A stretch of DNA of 64,000 nucleotides, taken from contig NC_087436.1 of assembly GCF_036321535.1 (NCBI RefSeq), forward strand, positions 31,002,001 to 31,066,000, written 5' to 3'. The notes beneath the pieces were generated by a model. It was not told the DNA's origin and searched no databases. It saw only the letters and a program-made list of their open reading frames with translations. Positions 1 to 11,420 of the stretch are shown here, piece by piece. Position 1 is the first letter of the stretch. Each line of letters begins with the position of its first letter. Source of the DNA: Camelus dromedarius (lineage: Eukaryota). The translations under genes were made by a program, and so were the position numbers.

Positions 1-725
1 AAGTGATACATCAGCTGACTTGAGAAACATGAGTAAGAGTTATTCATGTTAAGAGGTGGGAGAAGAGAAGGAGCATTTCAGAAAGAGAGAAAAAAATATA
101 TGAATTTGCTGAAGCAAGAAAGAAAGGCCAGTAGGGCTGAGTCACAGAAATTGTATGTACAGAGGAGGCAGTAAGTGGTGTGAGATCAGGTTTAAGCTGT
201 TGGCAGAGACCAAAGCTGAATAGCTAATGTTAAGGACTTCAAAAGTATCTCGTTATAGATCACTTGGCTTCAGTGTGGATTGAAAGGCAAGAAAGAAGGA
301 AGGTGAGGTTGGGAAAACAATTAAAAAGCTATTTTGGTAGAAAAGAGAAGACATTTGGTAGCTTAGGCTTGCGGCAGAAAGCGGAGGTGGGAATTCATGG
401 CAGTGGGAAGAAGAGTAGTGGAGACATTTGAGAAAATGTTTATAAGGAAAATCAATGGGACTAGGTAGTTTATCGGAAGGAAGAAGAACGAAATTTAAAC
501 CTGACAAGCAAGTTTTATGGCTTGAGCTAATAGGTAAATAAATGATGATGCCACGTGTTGAGGTTAAGTTACAAAGAAAGGGAGCATCGATGGGAGCAAG
601 AGAGTAACTGGTCACAACGAGTTTAAAGTAAGTAGAAACCAAAATGGAGAATTCAGAAGAGTAGGCTGGGGAAACATATCAGACGGTGTTTGGGATATAG
701 ATGACAATTGAAACAAATATGAGGC
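1..725 (-). mobile_element. LINE-2 (L2) fragment, old and diverged
   Basis: Purine-rich text typical of the L2 antisense strand (aagtgatacatcagctgacttgag...; ttcagtgtggattgaaaggcaag...; gagtaggctgggg...gtgtttgggatatagatgacaattgaa). Runs off the window start. Confidence 0.7.
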
Positions 726-729
726 TCAA

Positions 730-1403
730 GTCAGACATCATCCTAAATCTTTTTTCCTACCTTCCTCCGTTTCATATTCTGTTAGTTATTAAGTCCAACC
801 AACTTCATTCCCTAAATATCTCTTTTATCCATCTTCTTATCATCATTAGACTTCAGGTGCACTGGTGTGGACATTTGTCATCTCTCTGCTGGGCTATCAA
901 GAGTCCCACCTCACCCCTCAGTCTCACATCTGTTCAATATACCTATCTACACTGCTCTCAGATAAATTAAACTCACTATATCCCTCATCTGCTCAAAATT
1001 CTTCAGTTGCGTCTCATTCCCATGAAGGGTGAAATTTATATTCTTTGCACAGCCTGTACTGTCCTATATGATCTAGACCTCATTATTTAACCAAACATTC
1101 CACACTCCTTCAAAGCTCTGTAATCGTGTGTTTGTTATGCATGTTGCCACTTCTGCCTGGAATATGTCTTCCTAGTCTTCAAGTCTCAACAAGTAAAAAG
1201 CATTTTCTGGTTAAATGAAGGTGCTTGTCTTGTGTTCCCACTGCCCTTTGCCCTTCTCCTTGTTGGTGCTTTTATTTGTTTTTCAGTCCACCCACTATGC
1301 AATAAATAATTTGAACGCAATGTCTGTATCTTTGCATTTTTGGATCCACAATACCTAATATAGCTGGTAAGGAGGCATTCAAAAACTTGGTTTTGAATGA
1401 ATG
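730..1403 (+). mobile_element. LINE-2 (L2) 3' fragment
   Basis: L2 sense motifs (ctgctcaaaattcttcagttg; catgttgccacttctgcctggaatatgtcttcc) ending in the L2 tail ggcattcaaaaacttggttttgaatgaatg. Confidence 0.7.
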
Positions 1404-2448
1404 GAAATCCACATTTTAGCAAGGATGTCTTTTACATTGCGTATCAATATCTGATAGCATAGCAAGTTGTATTGTGAACTTCTCCATTCCTGGAAAGCCA
1501 CCATAATCCCTATGTGAGATTTTATTTATCAGAGTTAAATCATAATGATCTAGTTTATATTAATTCCATGAATTTCATAAGACCTTTCTTATGGGCTAAC
1601 TTTAGATAGCATACTTTCTATTGAGATAGCTTATTGTATAATTTCTTTAAATTGCTGAAATACTTGCTGCCTGAGAAGAGGAAGTGGTTTACAAGGAAAA
1701 TGTCACGTAGGAACACAATATGGCGAGATTTCAAAAGAAAACTACAGTTGGGTGCAGGTAATATCTCATATCACATTGGTGTGAATGGATTTTGCAGCCT
1801 GCACTCTAATTACACTGTGCACTTCACTAATGGCTCTGTCTCCAGAGGGCCTCCCAGGAATCACCTGGCAGCTTTCCTTGGGCCCTGAGTGTATTTTAAT
1901 GTGGTGAAAAGGTAGTGAATTCACAAAACTCCCTATTCAAAGATAAAATAGAGAGTGAAAATACAGCCTTCTCCTCTAGCGGACATTGGGCACACTCCTG
2001 ACATGTCACCCTTACAAGTCACTAATTCGGTCTCTCATTTCTCTCCTTCTTCACCATCAGCATGTAGTTTCAGACTGAACTGGTTTAAAGAAATGTTTGG
2101 CTCACCATTGAGTTCATAAAACTCTCCTCTGAGTTTTTAGGAAGAATGTATTACAGCATTGCATGTATGTTGGAATCATCCCTTTATGAGGAAAGACTGT
2201 TTGAACCTTGATCTTCATGTTCAGAGAAACTGCTACTAAAATGAACTCGTAATTCACTTTATTTACTTGTTCAAGAATTTGCTTTTTTTTACTTTTATCT
2301 TTTACTTTTATTGAGATAAAATTGATATTATTACTGTATTAAGGTATAATGATTTCACTTACAAGCATCATGAAATAATTACAATAATAAGTTAAATGAA
2401 CACTGATCATCTCATATAGATATAAAACTAAAGATATAGAAAAAAATA

Positions 2449-2734
2449 GGGGTGGAAAGGGATAAATTTAGGAGTTTGAGATTTGCAAACGTTAGCCACT
2501 ATATATAAAAATAGATTAAAAAAACAACTTTCTTCTGTATAGCTCAGGGAACTATATTCAATATCTTGTAATAACCCTTAATGAAAAAGAATATGAAAAT
2601 GAATATATGTATGTATATGCATGACTGGGACATTGTGCTGTGCACCAGAAATTGACACATTGTGATTGACTATACTTATATTAAAAAAAAAAAAAGAAAA
2701 AGAAAACACTCTGCAAATAGAAGATTAAAAAAAA
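2449..2734 (+). mobile_element. Young 5'-truncated LINE-1 3'UTR (camelid-like) nested in opposite orientation inside the older L1
   Basis: ggggtggaaagggataaatttaggagtttgagatttg...caccagaaattgacacattgt followed by poly(A) at 2683-2706. Clearly homologous to the 3'UTR at 15525-15760. Confidence 0.9.
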
Positions 2735-3457
2735 GAAAATTATATTTTTTTCCTTGTGATGAACTCAGGATTTGCTTTCTTAACTTTCATATATAATATT
2801 CAACATATATATTTTTCATGTTGCACCTTACATTCTTAATACTTATTTATCTGATAACTGGAAGTTTGTACCTTTTGACTGCCTTCATCCAATTCCTCCT
2901 CCCCCTACTCTTCACCTCTGGTAACCACAAATCTGATCTCTTTTTTAGGAGTTTTTCATTTGTTTTTAAAGTATAATTGACTTACAACACTATGTTAGTT
3001 CCTGTTCCACAACACAGTAATTCAAAATTTCTATACATTTTGAAATGATCAGCTCAATAAGTCTAATTAACAATCTATCACCATACAAAGATGTTAAATA
3101 ATTATTGACCATATTCCCCACATTATACATTTCAAACCCATGCCTCATTTATTTTGTAACTGGAAATTTGTACTTTTTAATATTTTTCACCTATTTCTCT
3201 CTTCCTCTGCTCACCCACTTCCTCTCTGGCAACTGTTTGTTCTCAATATCTATGACTCTATTTCTGTTTTATTACGTTTGTTCATTTGCTTTGTTTTTTA
3301 GATTCCACATATAAGTGAAATCATACAGTATTCGTCTTTCTTTGTCTGCCTTATTTCACTTAGCATAACACCCTCGAGGTTCATCCATATTGTTGCAAAT
3401 GGCAATATTTCATTGTTTTTTATAGCTGAGTAATATTTCATTATATATATATTAAAT

Positions 3458-3459
<2 letters not shown>

Positions 3460-3489
<30 letters not shown>

Positions 3490-3500
3490 AACACACACAC
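3460..3500. repeat. Compound (TA)n(CA)n microsatellite
   Basis: tatatatatatatatacacacacacacacaaacacacacac. Confidence 0.9.
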
Positions 3501-3777
3501 TGCATTTTCTTTATCCATTCATCTACTGATGGGCACTTAGATTGCTTCCATATCTTGGCTACTATAAATAATGCAGAGATGCATAATTTTTTTTCTAATT
3601 AGTGTTTTCATTTTCTTTGTGTAAATACCCATGAGTGAAATTGCTGGATCATATGGCAGTTCTATTTTTAATTTTTTTGAGGGACCTCTATACTGCTTTC
3701 CATAGTGGTTGCACCAATTTGTATTCCCATGAATAGGGCAGAAGGGTTATAAATCACTTAAATCTCATAAAGAGACA

Positions 3778-3852
3778 GTTGAATCATATGAAACTGCTGA
3801 TTGTCATCCATTTTTGATCTATGAGATGGCAATTTCATGTGGTTCAACCTAA
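3778..3852 (+). mobile_element. MADE2-like mariner MITE
   Basis: About 80 bp with terminal inverted repeats gttgaatcatatgaaactgc ... gcaatttcatgtggttcaacctaa. Confidence 0.8.
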
Positions 3853-3950
3853 ATGTTACTAGAGAGAATTTACAAAAGAGTAATCTCATTGGTTTGTTTG
3901 GCCTACCAACTAATACTCAGAATAATATTTATGGTTTATTGCTAAAACAG

Positions 3951-3980
3951 CAAACAAACAAACAAACAAACAAAAAACAA
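3951..3980 (+). repeat. (AAAC)n microsatellite
   Basis: caaacaaacaaacaaacaaacaaaaaacaa. Confidence 0.9.
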
Positions 3981-6900
3981 GTATATACCCCAACTAGAGA
4001 CAACTTTCATATTTGTGAGAAATATCAAGAACTTTGAACTATTCAAATATATTTTAAAGGTGAATCATCCTCCATTAACTAAAAAGTGTGATTAATATAT
4101 TTTGTTGAATCTTGAAAACTATATTCTTGAACCTTGCCATATTTTAGTGGAAAAATATCACGAACTTTTTCAAACCATGGAAAGCTAGTCAATGTTTCAG
4201 GTAAACTTAGAGAATCTGGAGTACAAATACTTGTTTATCCAAATACTTCCTTCAGCATTTGGATAAACAGCATGAGTGAAAATAAAAGCAGTTTGTGTGG
4301 CGTCTTGTCTCAGTCCTGCAGGTAAGATTAACTAAAAATGAGATAAACCAATTTCTCCTTTGTTGGTAGTCATTTCAAAAGAATGGAAAGAACAATTATA
4401 ATTAATTGGTCATTTACAATCCAATATACTTCTACTTGTGTCACTGTAAATATTACAGGTTAGAAAAGTTATTCAGCAGACTGAAATTTTAGAACAGTCT
4501 TCCTAAATCTAATTTGTTAGCATCCTCTATCAAGATATTATTGTAGTTTGTCAATTTTGTTAGCTCTGTAACTGTCTATGAAGCAGTGGGGAAGGTTGTG
4601 CAGAGAATCTTGGCACACACATTTTTGAAGGAGGAAGATCAGAAACAGAATCTGATTGTTCTATGTTTCTATCCTAGAAGATCTGAATTATTATCTCTGT
4701 TAATTGACAAAATTATGCATGTATTTTCTCTTGTAATAATAGGATGGGAGGACTTCAGACTAATCGTAGGGTAAGCAAATTTTATTTTTCTTTTCAAATA
4801 AATAGTACCATCAAAAGCATATGAATTCTTACAGGTTTCATGTATGCATTGTCTTGAGAACTTATCACCCCATGCAACGACTGCAGAATGCTGACCCCAT
4901 TAGCAGGACCTGTTTCTGAGTCATCAGTCACCTTTTCCTCCAGTCTTGAACAAAGGCTCAGCCCCAAATAATAATGATACATGGAACAAAAGGGGGGAAA
5001 AAAACCCTGTAAAAATGAAATCCTAAAATCAAAGGCTCCTAGTGCTTTAGTTTCACTGATGAGGTGGGATTTGGGAAGGGTAGTTTAGGGTTGTTGGGTT
5101 TTTTTTTTTCCTCCCTGCTTTTACAGTTCTACAATCACAATGGCCCTCTAGTGGGATGCTAAATTAAGAGGCATTTTGTTTGTATTGTTAGATGTAGATC
5201 AAAACAGTCACAGAGAAATGTTTTATTATGGTGAGGAAAGGGTTCTTTTAATAAGGCTCTTAGGAGACTGAGTTTTAATGACGCTTAACACAATGTTTTA
5301 AGCCACACACCACATCTACATGTTATTTCTTGTTAAATGCTGGTTATTAAACAGCAGGCTGGCTCCAGATTGCCTGCAGAGGGTAGTTAGGGTTGGTTGA
5401 TACATCTCTGACAATTTGAATAGTTGATGGAGTGACAAGTGCTGTTTGCATTTAAAGGATTTTACATTTTAACATCTGCACAGTGCAACAGTATATATTA
5501 TTACCCAATGTACTTCTACACAATATGTTGAAGGGTTAAAGCCAATTAAGCACAATTGTAAGTTTCAATTTCTTCTAGAATTCTGTGCCCTCATCCAAAC
5601 TTAACATGCTTAAGCTGGAATTATTTCCCTCACTACTTAACCCAGGGATCTCTGCAGTGAATTGCTGTTCAGAACTGCAGACCAGAGAACAAGTAAGGGA
5701 AATGAAGAACAGAATGTGCCCCAAGGAAAGATGCAAGCAGTAAAGCAATACATGTTTATAATTACTTTTCTTTAACTATTTAAAAGCTTGCCATTTTAAA
5801 ATTAAGAAGTAAAGAGAACACTGTCTTACAATGCCTTAATTTTTCCCACTATTCATCTCAAAGCTTTCTTGCTCCAGTCTTCTCCCACCCCGAGGAGAAC
5901 AAAGTAGCATCTGGGTCAAGGACATTGCTTGATGCCAAGGAACCAAGGTGTGTAGTTTTCAAACGTTAACTCTCAGCATTAAATGTGCTCTTTTCTGTAT
6001 AACCTGCTTTCTCTTTTCATCTTTTATTTTTGGATCCTACTTCAAAAATGTTAAATTCTCTCATGAATCACTTATTTCTGTGTAACAGGTGTACAAGGAG
6101 AGCAGGGCTGCCTGCCACTCGGCAGAGATCACACTGTGGGGACAATTACAGGCGGGATCAGTAGATTGTCATGCCTTCTGTAGGCCTTGGAGAGAAAAGA
6201 TTACGTCACTTGCCTCTTTTCTCCTTTAGGCTGTCCTCCCCTGCCTCTTCCCACCATTGTCGTGATAAGACATCAGGAAAGAGGAATATGTTGTTAGCCC
6301 AAGAAGTCTGCAAATAGTACAGGTCAGTGATTTTCAGTAGCAGGGGTAGTGATGACTCTTGTCATAATGCACAGGGTCAGAGCAGGAGGAGCACTGTTTG
6401 TTAGAAAGGCTTAGGTGTTTTAAGTTTATCAAAGAGGAAATAGGCTTAAAATTTTGAATACTGTCTTAGACCAGAGTGAGTGAATTTTAAAATCTGAATA
6501 TTTAAAATCTGAGCTACTCATGGCCAATAGAAATGTTATGAGCAAGGATGTGATGCATTGCTGGGAAGGTATTGTGTGAACCCTTGTCTTAAGTTTAAAA
6601 AAGGGAAAAATAAGGTCAATGCTTTTCCATAGTCTAGGCCACTTCGCTAAGGCTAAGAGTTTCATGGGGTTTGGAATTAAACAAGCTACCCATGCCTAGA
6701 CTCCACAAACACTTAGGCACTCCTTCCTACTGAGAATTTGTGGGTGTCATAGAATTAATTGAGGATCAAATTTGGCTAGCCCTGTCTCTTCCATATGCAT
6801 GAAAACCAACCATAAACTCAATCAGTATTGCCAGGTATCTCCTTAAACTATCTGGCATTATGTGTTAAGATACTCTAGTGCACATTTAAACTACATTGAG

Positions 6901-6989
6901 TCATGATGCTGCCACCTGGACATACAAGACTCAAACAGAACTCTTAATTCTAATGTTGTGTCTAAAGCCCTTGGAAAAGACAACAATAT

Positions 6990-7218
6990 AAACTATAGAA
7001 ACTCTAATTACTATCTCATCTTTGCAACTGATTTTCAGGTTAATTGTCCTAATCTATTTGAGGACAAGTTAGATTCACTTTGAAATGAGAATAATAATAT
7101 CTGCATTAAAGACATCGTAGAGTTGATGTGAGAATTTAAATCAAAATGATATAAAGTATAAGAATGTGCTTTGTAAAGCTAAGTAAAGTGCTATGTAAAG
7201 ATACAAATTATAATTGTT
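6990..7218 (+). mobile_element. MIR SINE, diverged
   Basis: MIR core tgaaatgagaataataatatctgc...agagttgatgtgagaatttaaa and tail gtgctttgtaaa...gtaaagtgctatgtaaa. Confidence 0.65.
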
Positions 7219-7604
7219 GATACAACCAAATTGTGACACAAAGATCCAAAATTTGAGGAATTTCCCCTTTTCTGAGACTGATCTGTTGTGAGATAATGCA
7301 CTCCTTACTCATAGTTTCTTCATGAGGGTAAAGAAAACGCATTTTGATTGCTGAGTGTTGGAGGCAGTTGGAAGCTTCAAAATGGTACGTGAGGGGAGGC
7401 CAGAGAAGTTACACGTAATACCATTCTGCTACAAATAGCCTACACCAAATGGGAATATCTAAAAATTCTCTAATTAATTCCTTTATGCCTCTCTCATGTT
7501 TTAACAGCCATATCAGCTTTACCATGAGGCTGAACTTTTCTTTCCAGTCTTCCTTTCCACACATTTCTGTTTAAAAATGTGGTGGTGACGAGATTACAAA
7601 CGTT

Positions 7605-7805
7605 CAAAATCTGGTTGTGCTCCTTACCACTGGTCGTGTGATTTAGTGACTAGCTATTAACTTCTCTGTTTCTAAGTTTTTTTTATCTGGGAACTAGGAG
7701 TAATAAAAATGCTAACCTACAGGGTTAATAGGAGATTGAAATGAGTCAAAAAATACATATATACATACATATAATGCTTCATAAACATTAGCATTCATTA
7801 TTAAT
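7605..7805 (+). mobile_element. MIR SINE
   Basis: attaacttctctgtttctaagtttttttatctg...gtaataa...cagggttaataggagattgaaatgag and tail cataaacattagc. Confidence 0.65.
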
Positions 7806-8177
7806 ATCTTAGTAAAAAGGCTCATGGTTTCTCAGGAAAATACAAAAAACAAACCCAAAATAATAAGGAGCCATTCTTGGTTCTTCTCTTCCCTTTCTAA
7901 CTGATAACTTTTGGCTCTTCCTTCAAGGCGTACCTTAATTCTCACCACTCTCATGTCTAAAACCCCCATAATTATCACCAGCTTGCCTCCCTGCCTGCTT
8001 TCTCTCTGACCAAACTAGAATTTAGTCTCCCTGCTGCTGTCAAAAGGATCACTCGCTACTAAAAATTATTCAGTAGTTTATTTTTTCCCCAGGGTTAAAT
8101 CTCAATTCTATATTATGTCCTAACAATAGAAATTATACAAATGTCTACCTGAGCGTATTTTGAGTATTCCTCCAGCT

Positions 8178-8535
8178 TTTTTGAGCTCTAATTGACATAC
8201 ATTACATATATTAAGATATACAATATAGTAATTTTATATATATATATATATTTCAAAATGATTACCATAATAAGATTAGTTAGAAGATCTATCACCTCAC
8301 ATAGTTACAATTTGTGTGTGTGGGTGTGGTGAGAACTTTCAAAATCTATTCTCTTAGCAACCTTCAAATATAAAATACAGTATTGTTAGTTATAATCACC
8401 TTGCTATAGATTACCTCCCCAGAACTTACTTATCTTATAACTGGAATTTTGTACCTATTGACCACCTTCATCCTTTTGCCACCATCCACCTCCAACCCCA
8501 ACCCCTGGAAATTACCAATCTATTTTCTGTTTCTC
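8178..8535 (-). mobile_element. LINE-1 3'UTR fragment (L1MA9-like)
   Basis: atcacctcacatagttacaatttgtgtg...gtggtgagaactttcaaaatctattctcttagcaac...ccccagaacttacttatcttataactggaa is diagnostic L1MA 3'-end antisense text. Confidence 0.85.
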
Positions 8536-8869
8536 AGCATAGCCTTTGGTTCCCGTATTCCACAAAGCAACTGAGAGGAAGGAGGGGAGAGACCTCTTTG
8601 CATACAACATCAGCATATATCAGAAGACAATTTGTATCCAGAATAAATGGTCAGATAGACCAAAACAGACAAACAAACCTAGGCCAGCCCAGTTATTAAC
8701 AATTTGAATTAGGCTATTTTAAAAAAAAATAAACCCAATCTTTGCCTTTCTAAATTAATATGCAGTATCTAGACTCAGGATGAATAGTAAGCCAAGACTG
8801 GCCAAAACACCTAGAGTGCTTTAGTTTTGTATCATTTAGGAATGCTTTTCTTTCAAGTGACAAAGAGCT

Positions 8870-9212
8870 GATCATGGTAATTGAACAATTTTTTTTCTTA
8901 TAGTAAGAAGTCCAGAGTAGGTGGCTACTGGTGCTAGTTCAACAGTGCAACGTGGCCTGGCACTGTATTTGCAAAGTACTTGTATTCCCCTCAGAGAAAT
9001 AAGGCTGTTGCAGCTACAGCAATTGTATTCATTCTCCAGCAGAGTGGAAAAGGAAAGAAAAAGCAGATCCCATTGCCAGAAAGCAAAACCTCTCCCAGGA
9101 ACATCACAGTTGACTTCCATTTATATCTCATGGACCAGAACTGCACGACAGGGCCACCCCTGGGTTAAAAGTGGCTAGAAAACAAAGGTGTTGGAATGGA
9201 GGTGGCGTCAGC
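8870..9212 (-). mobile_element. ERVL-MaLR LTR fragment (MLT1 family)
   Basis: gtaagaagtccagagtaggtgg...; gacttccatttatatctcatggaccagaactg...ggccacccctggg match MLT1I/J/L antisense text. Confidence 0.65.
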
Positions 9213-9957
9213 CAGCAATGGCTACAGCCAGTTACTTCACAAAATCTGACTAGTAAACTTTCAGGAATTTTGTGAACCAGTTGTTAAACAGAGCCATTAT
9301 TAAAAATTACATGAACTTATAATTAAATTATATTAAAACAAAGGGAATAAATATTGAAGGTAATACATACGCATCTTTACCTAGTTATTTTATTACATTT
9401 TTTCTATTATCTACATTCTTGAGGTTATTTATTTAAATCACATCTTTATAGTGGAACTACTATATAGATGGTGTGCTTCTGTGTATCTGTTCCCAACTTT
9501 GCATTCAATGATGTCACATTGTACCTTGATATTGTCCATGGTGGGAGTATTTATACCACAGTAAGCAGAAAATGCTACATATAGATGGCCTCCTTTTGTG
9601 TGTGTGTTTTGTGGATTGTCTAGAGTTAAGAAAGAGGAGAAAATGTTCATAAAGCAGATTAAACTTAAAAGTTTGCCCCTGTCCCTAGCTGTTGCATTAA
9701 GATAAAACTTAAAAGCGTGTCTGTGTCTATAGCTATTACATTCTGAATAACTTAAAAATTTGAGGAATATACTCACAATGTTCGAAAAGCATTATCCAAT
9801 TCAGCAAAGAAATCCCTCATGTCATTGATGAAAGAACAAAGACTTAGGTCTTTGTTGTTTCACTTTCATCTTATTCATTAAAGTAAACCAGTGTATTAAC
9901 CAACGTTCATATCTGAACTAGGAGTGTCAGTTGTTAAACATTTACCAGCAGGCTACA
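9213..9957 (+). mobile_element. MER63-family hAT (Blackjack) DNA transposon, internally deleted
   Basis: ttcaggaattttgtgaaccagttgttaaacagagccattattaaaaatta near the start; ccatggtgggagtatttataccac internally; terminal cagttgttaaacatttaccagca at about 9928-9950. Confidence 0.8.
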
Positions 9958-10499
9958 GGACAATCGATTACGTTTACCACAAATTTCATATCCCACAATG
10001 TAGAAGACATATAATCAAAATGTGAGATGTCCAGAAAGGAATATACATAAAACACAATAAAAGGACATCTCATAAAAAAGTAAGTTAAATGTACTTATGA
10101 AGTCTACTCCTGTAGACTATACGATTTACAATGTATTGCTTATTAAATAACTGAGGTCTTAAGACTTCCGTGGTCCCAGTGGGTAGTCTCAGTCCCAGTG
10201 GGTAGCGTGACTATACGCTAAAAAGGCACATACTTTTCACCGCAATCTTAGGAAGAATTTTCTAGCAGCCAGAACCACCCCAAGATGATTATTTATGTTA
10301 TATGGTTTACACTGGGGGTTAATGGATTTCCTACTCCTGGACGTACTCAGACATGAACTTAATGAACATGTGATATGAAGCATCTAACCTCAGAAAGCTT
10401 TCTAAAGTAGGTGAGTCTTTTTAGATCTTTCACAATATTAAGGCTGTGAGTCTGAGAATTAAGATATTTCTGAATATATTTATTTGATGTCACATCAAG

Positions 10500-11110
10500 T
10501 TTATCTATTCATTCATTAACACGTTGCAGGTTTGTTTGTTTTGTTTCAGATACAGTTCTAGGTCCTGATGAAAGAGTCAATAATAAGACAGATAAAACTC
10601 CTGGCCTGATTAAGCTGGGAAAGACAAATGATAAACATGAACAAATAGATAAAATAATTTTAAATAACGATAGGTACTAAAAAGGAAAAAATAACAATAT
10701 GGTGAATAGAGAGCATTAAGGTGGTGGGAAGAAAGTTTACTTTGGTTAAGATTATATGGAATGGGTGTCTTACACCCTTTCTGTGGAGATGATATTTCAA
10801 CAAAGAACTGAATGGTCAAAAACAGTGAGCAGTAATAAAGGTGTAGGGTAAGAACAGGAAGAGAGAATATCAGTTGCAAAGGTCCTGAAGCAGAAATGAG
10901 CTGTGCATATTTAAAACAAGGCCATTATGGCAAGAAAGAGAATAGTACTTGTCAAGGTTAGAGAGGTCGTAAGGAGACAGACATTGCATAGGTTTGTAGG
11001 CCATGTTAAGGAGCTTGGGTTTTATTCTAATTTCAGTAGAGTATCATTGGAGGCTTTTAAGCAGGAGTTCGATGTGATTTAAATTGTATTTTTAAAGATA
11101 AAATGGCTTA
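10500..11110 (-). mobile_element. LINE-2 (L2a-like) 3' portion
   Basis: Begins attcattcattaacac; contains tgcaaaggtcctgaagcagaaatgag and gtaggccatgttaaggagcttgggttttattctaa. Confidence 0.85.
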
Positions 11111-11319
11111 TGTTCTGAAATAATTCAGAAACAGATTTGAAAGTCAGGTATAGGGGAAGATTGACAGGTGAAGCTAGATTTGTTTATATCTATTAATATG
11201 TGAAGCCAAATCAGTACAATTCTCCTCTGCTTGACCTCTAGCTCCTGGATACACATGCCTAGACAATCTACCAAGTTCAGCTTGGTAGATATCTAAGCTT
11301 TAGTTGAATAATGGGACTG

Positions 11320-11420
11320 TTGAAGTACATCTGTTCTATGAGACTTTATGAAAATAAAATAAGATAATAGATGTAAAATCCCTGGTATGATCAATGCTCA
11401 ATAAATGTTAGCTAAGGTTA
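11320..11420 (+). mobile_element. MIR 3' fragment
   Basis: aaaataaaataagataatagatgtaaaa...tgctcaataaatgttagcta. Confidence 0.55.

Larger units (their letters stand above)
2284..3748 (-). mobile_element. LINE-1 3' portion (ORF2 end plus 3'UTR), older cetartiodactyl/L1MA-derived family, interrupted by a younger L1 at 2449-2734
   Basis: T-rich start (antisense tail). Minus ORF 3298-3498 contains MKYYSAIKNNEILPFATIWMNLEGVMLSEI, the L1 ORF2 C-terminus. gattccacatataagtgaaatcatacagtatt and ttgctggatcatatggcagttctatttttaa are standard L1 antisense text. Confidence 0.9.

Noticed and set aside
253..970. 129-aa and 89-aa ORFs
   Set aside because: They lie in L2 remnants, have low-complexity L/S/F composition and show no recognisable domain.
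4256..6321. Plus-strand exon-like segments 4256-4321 and 6230-6321
   Set aside because: The splice-like motifs are canonical, but the second segment has stops in all frames and neither matches a known gene.
10173..10205. Direct repeat gtcccagtgggtag x2 (similar two-copy duplications near 20779-20823, 24419-24465, 28302-28333)
   Set aside because: Ordinary local slippage duplications; two copies only, not an array or CRISPR-like structure.
11266..11290. Perfect 10-bp inverted repeat atctaccaag-ttcag-cttggtagat
   Set aside because: About one such hairpin is expected by chance in 64 kb, and it is too short for a pre-miRNA.
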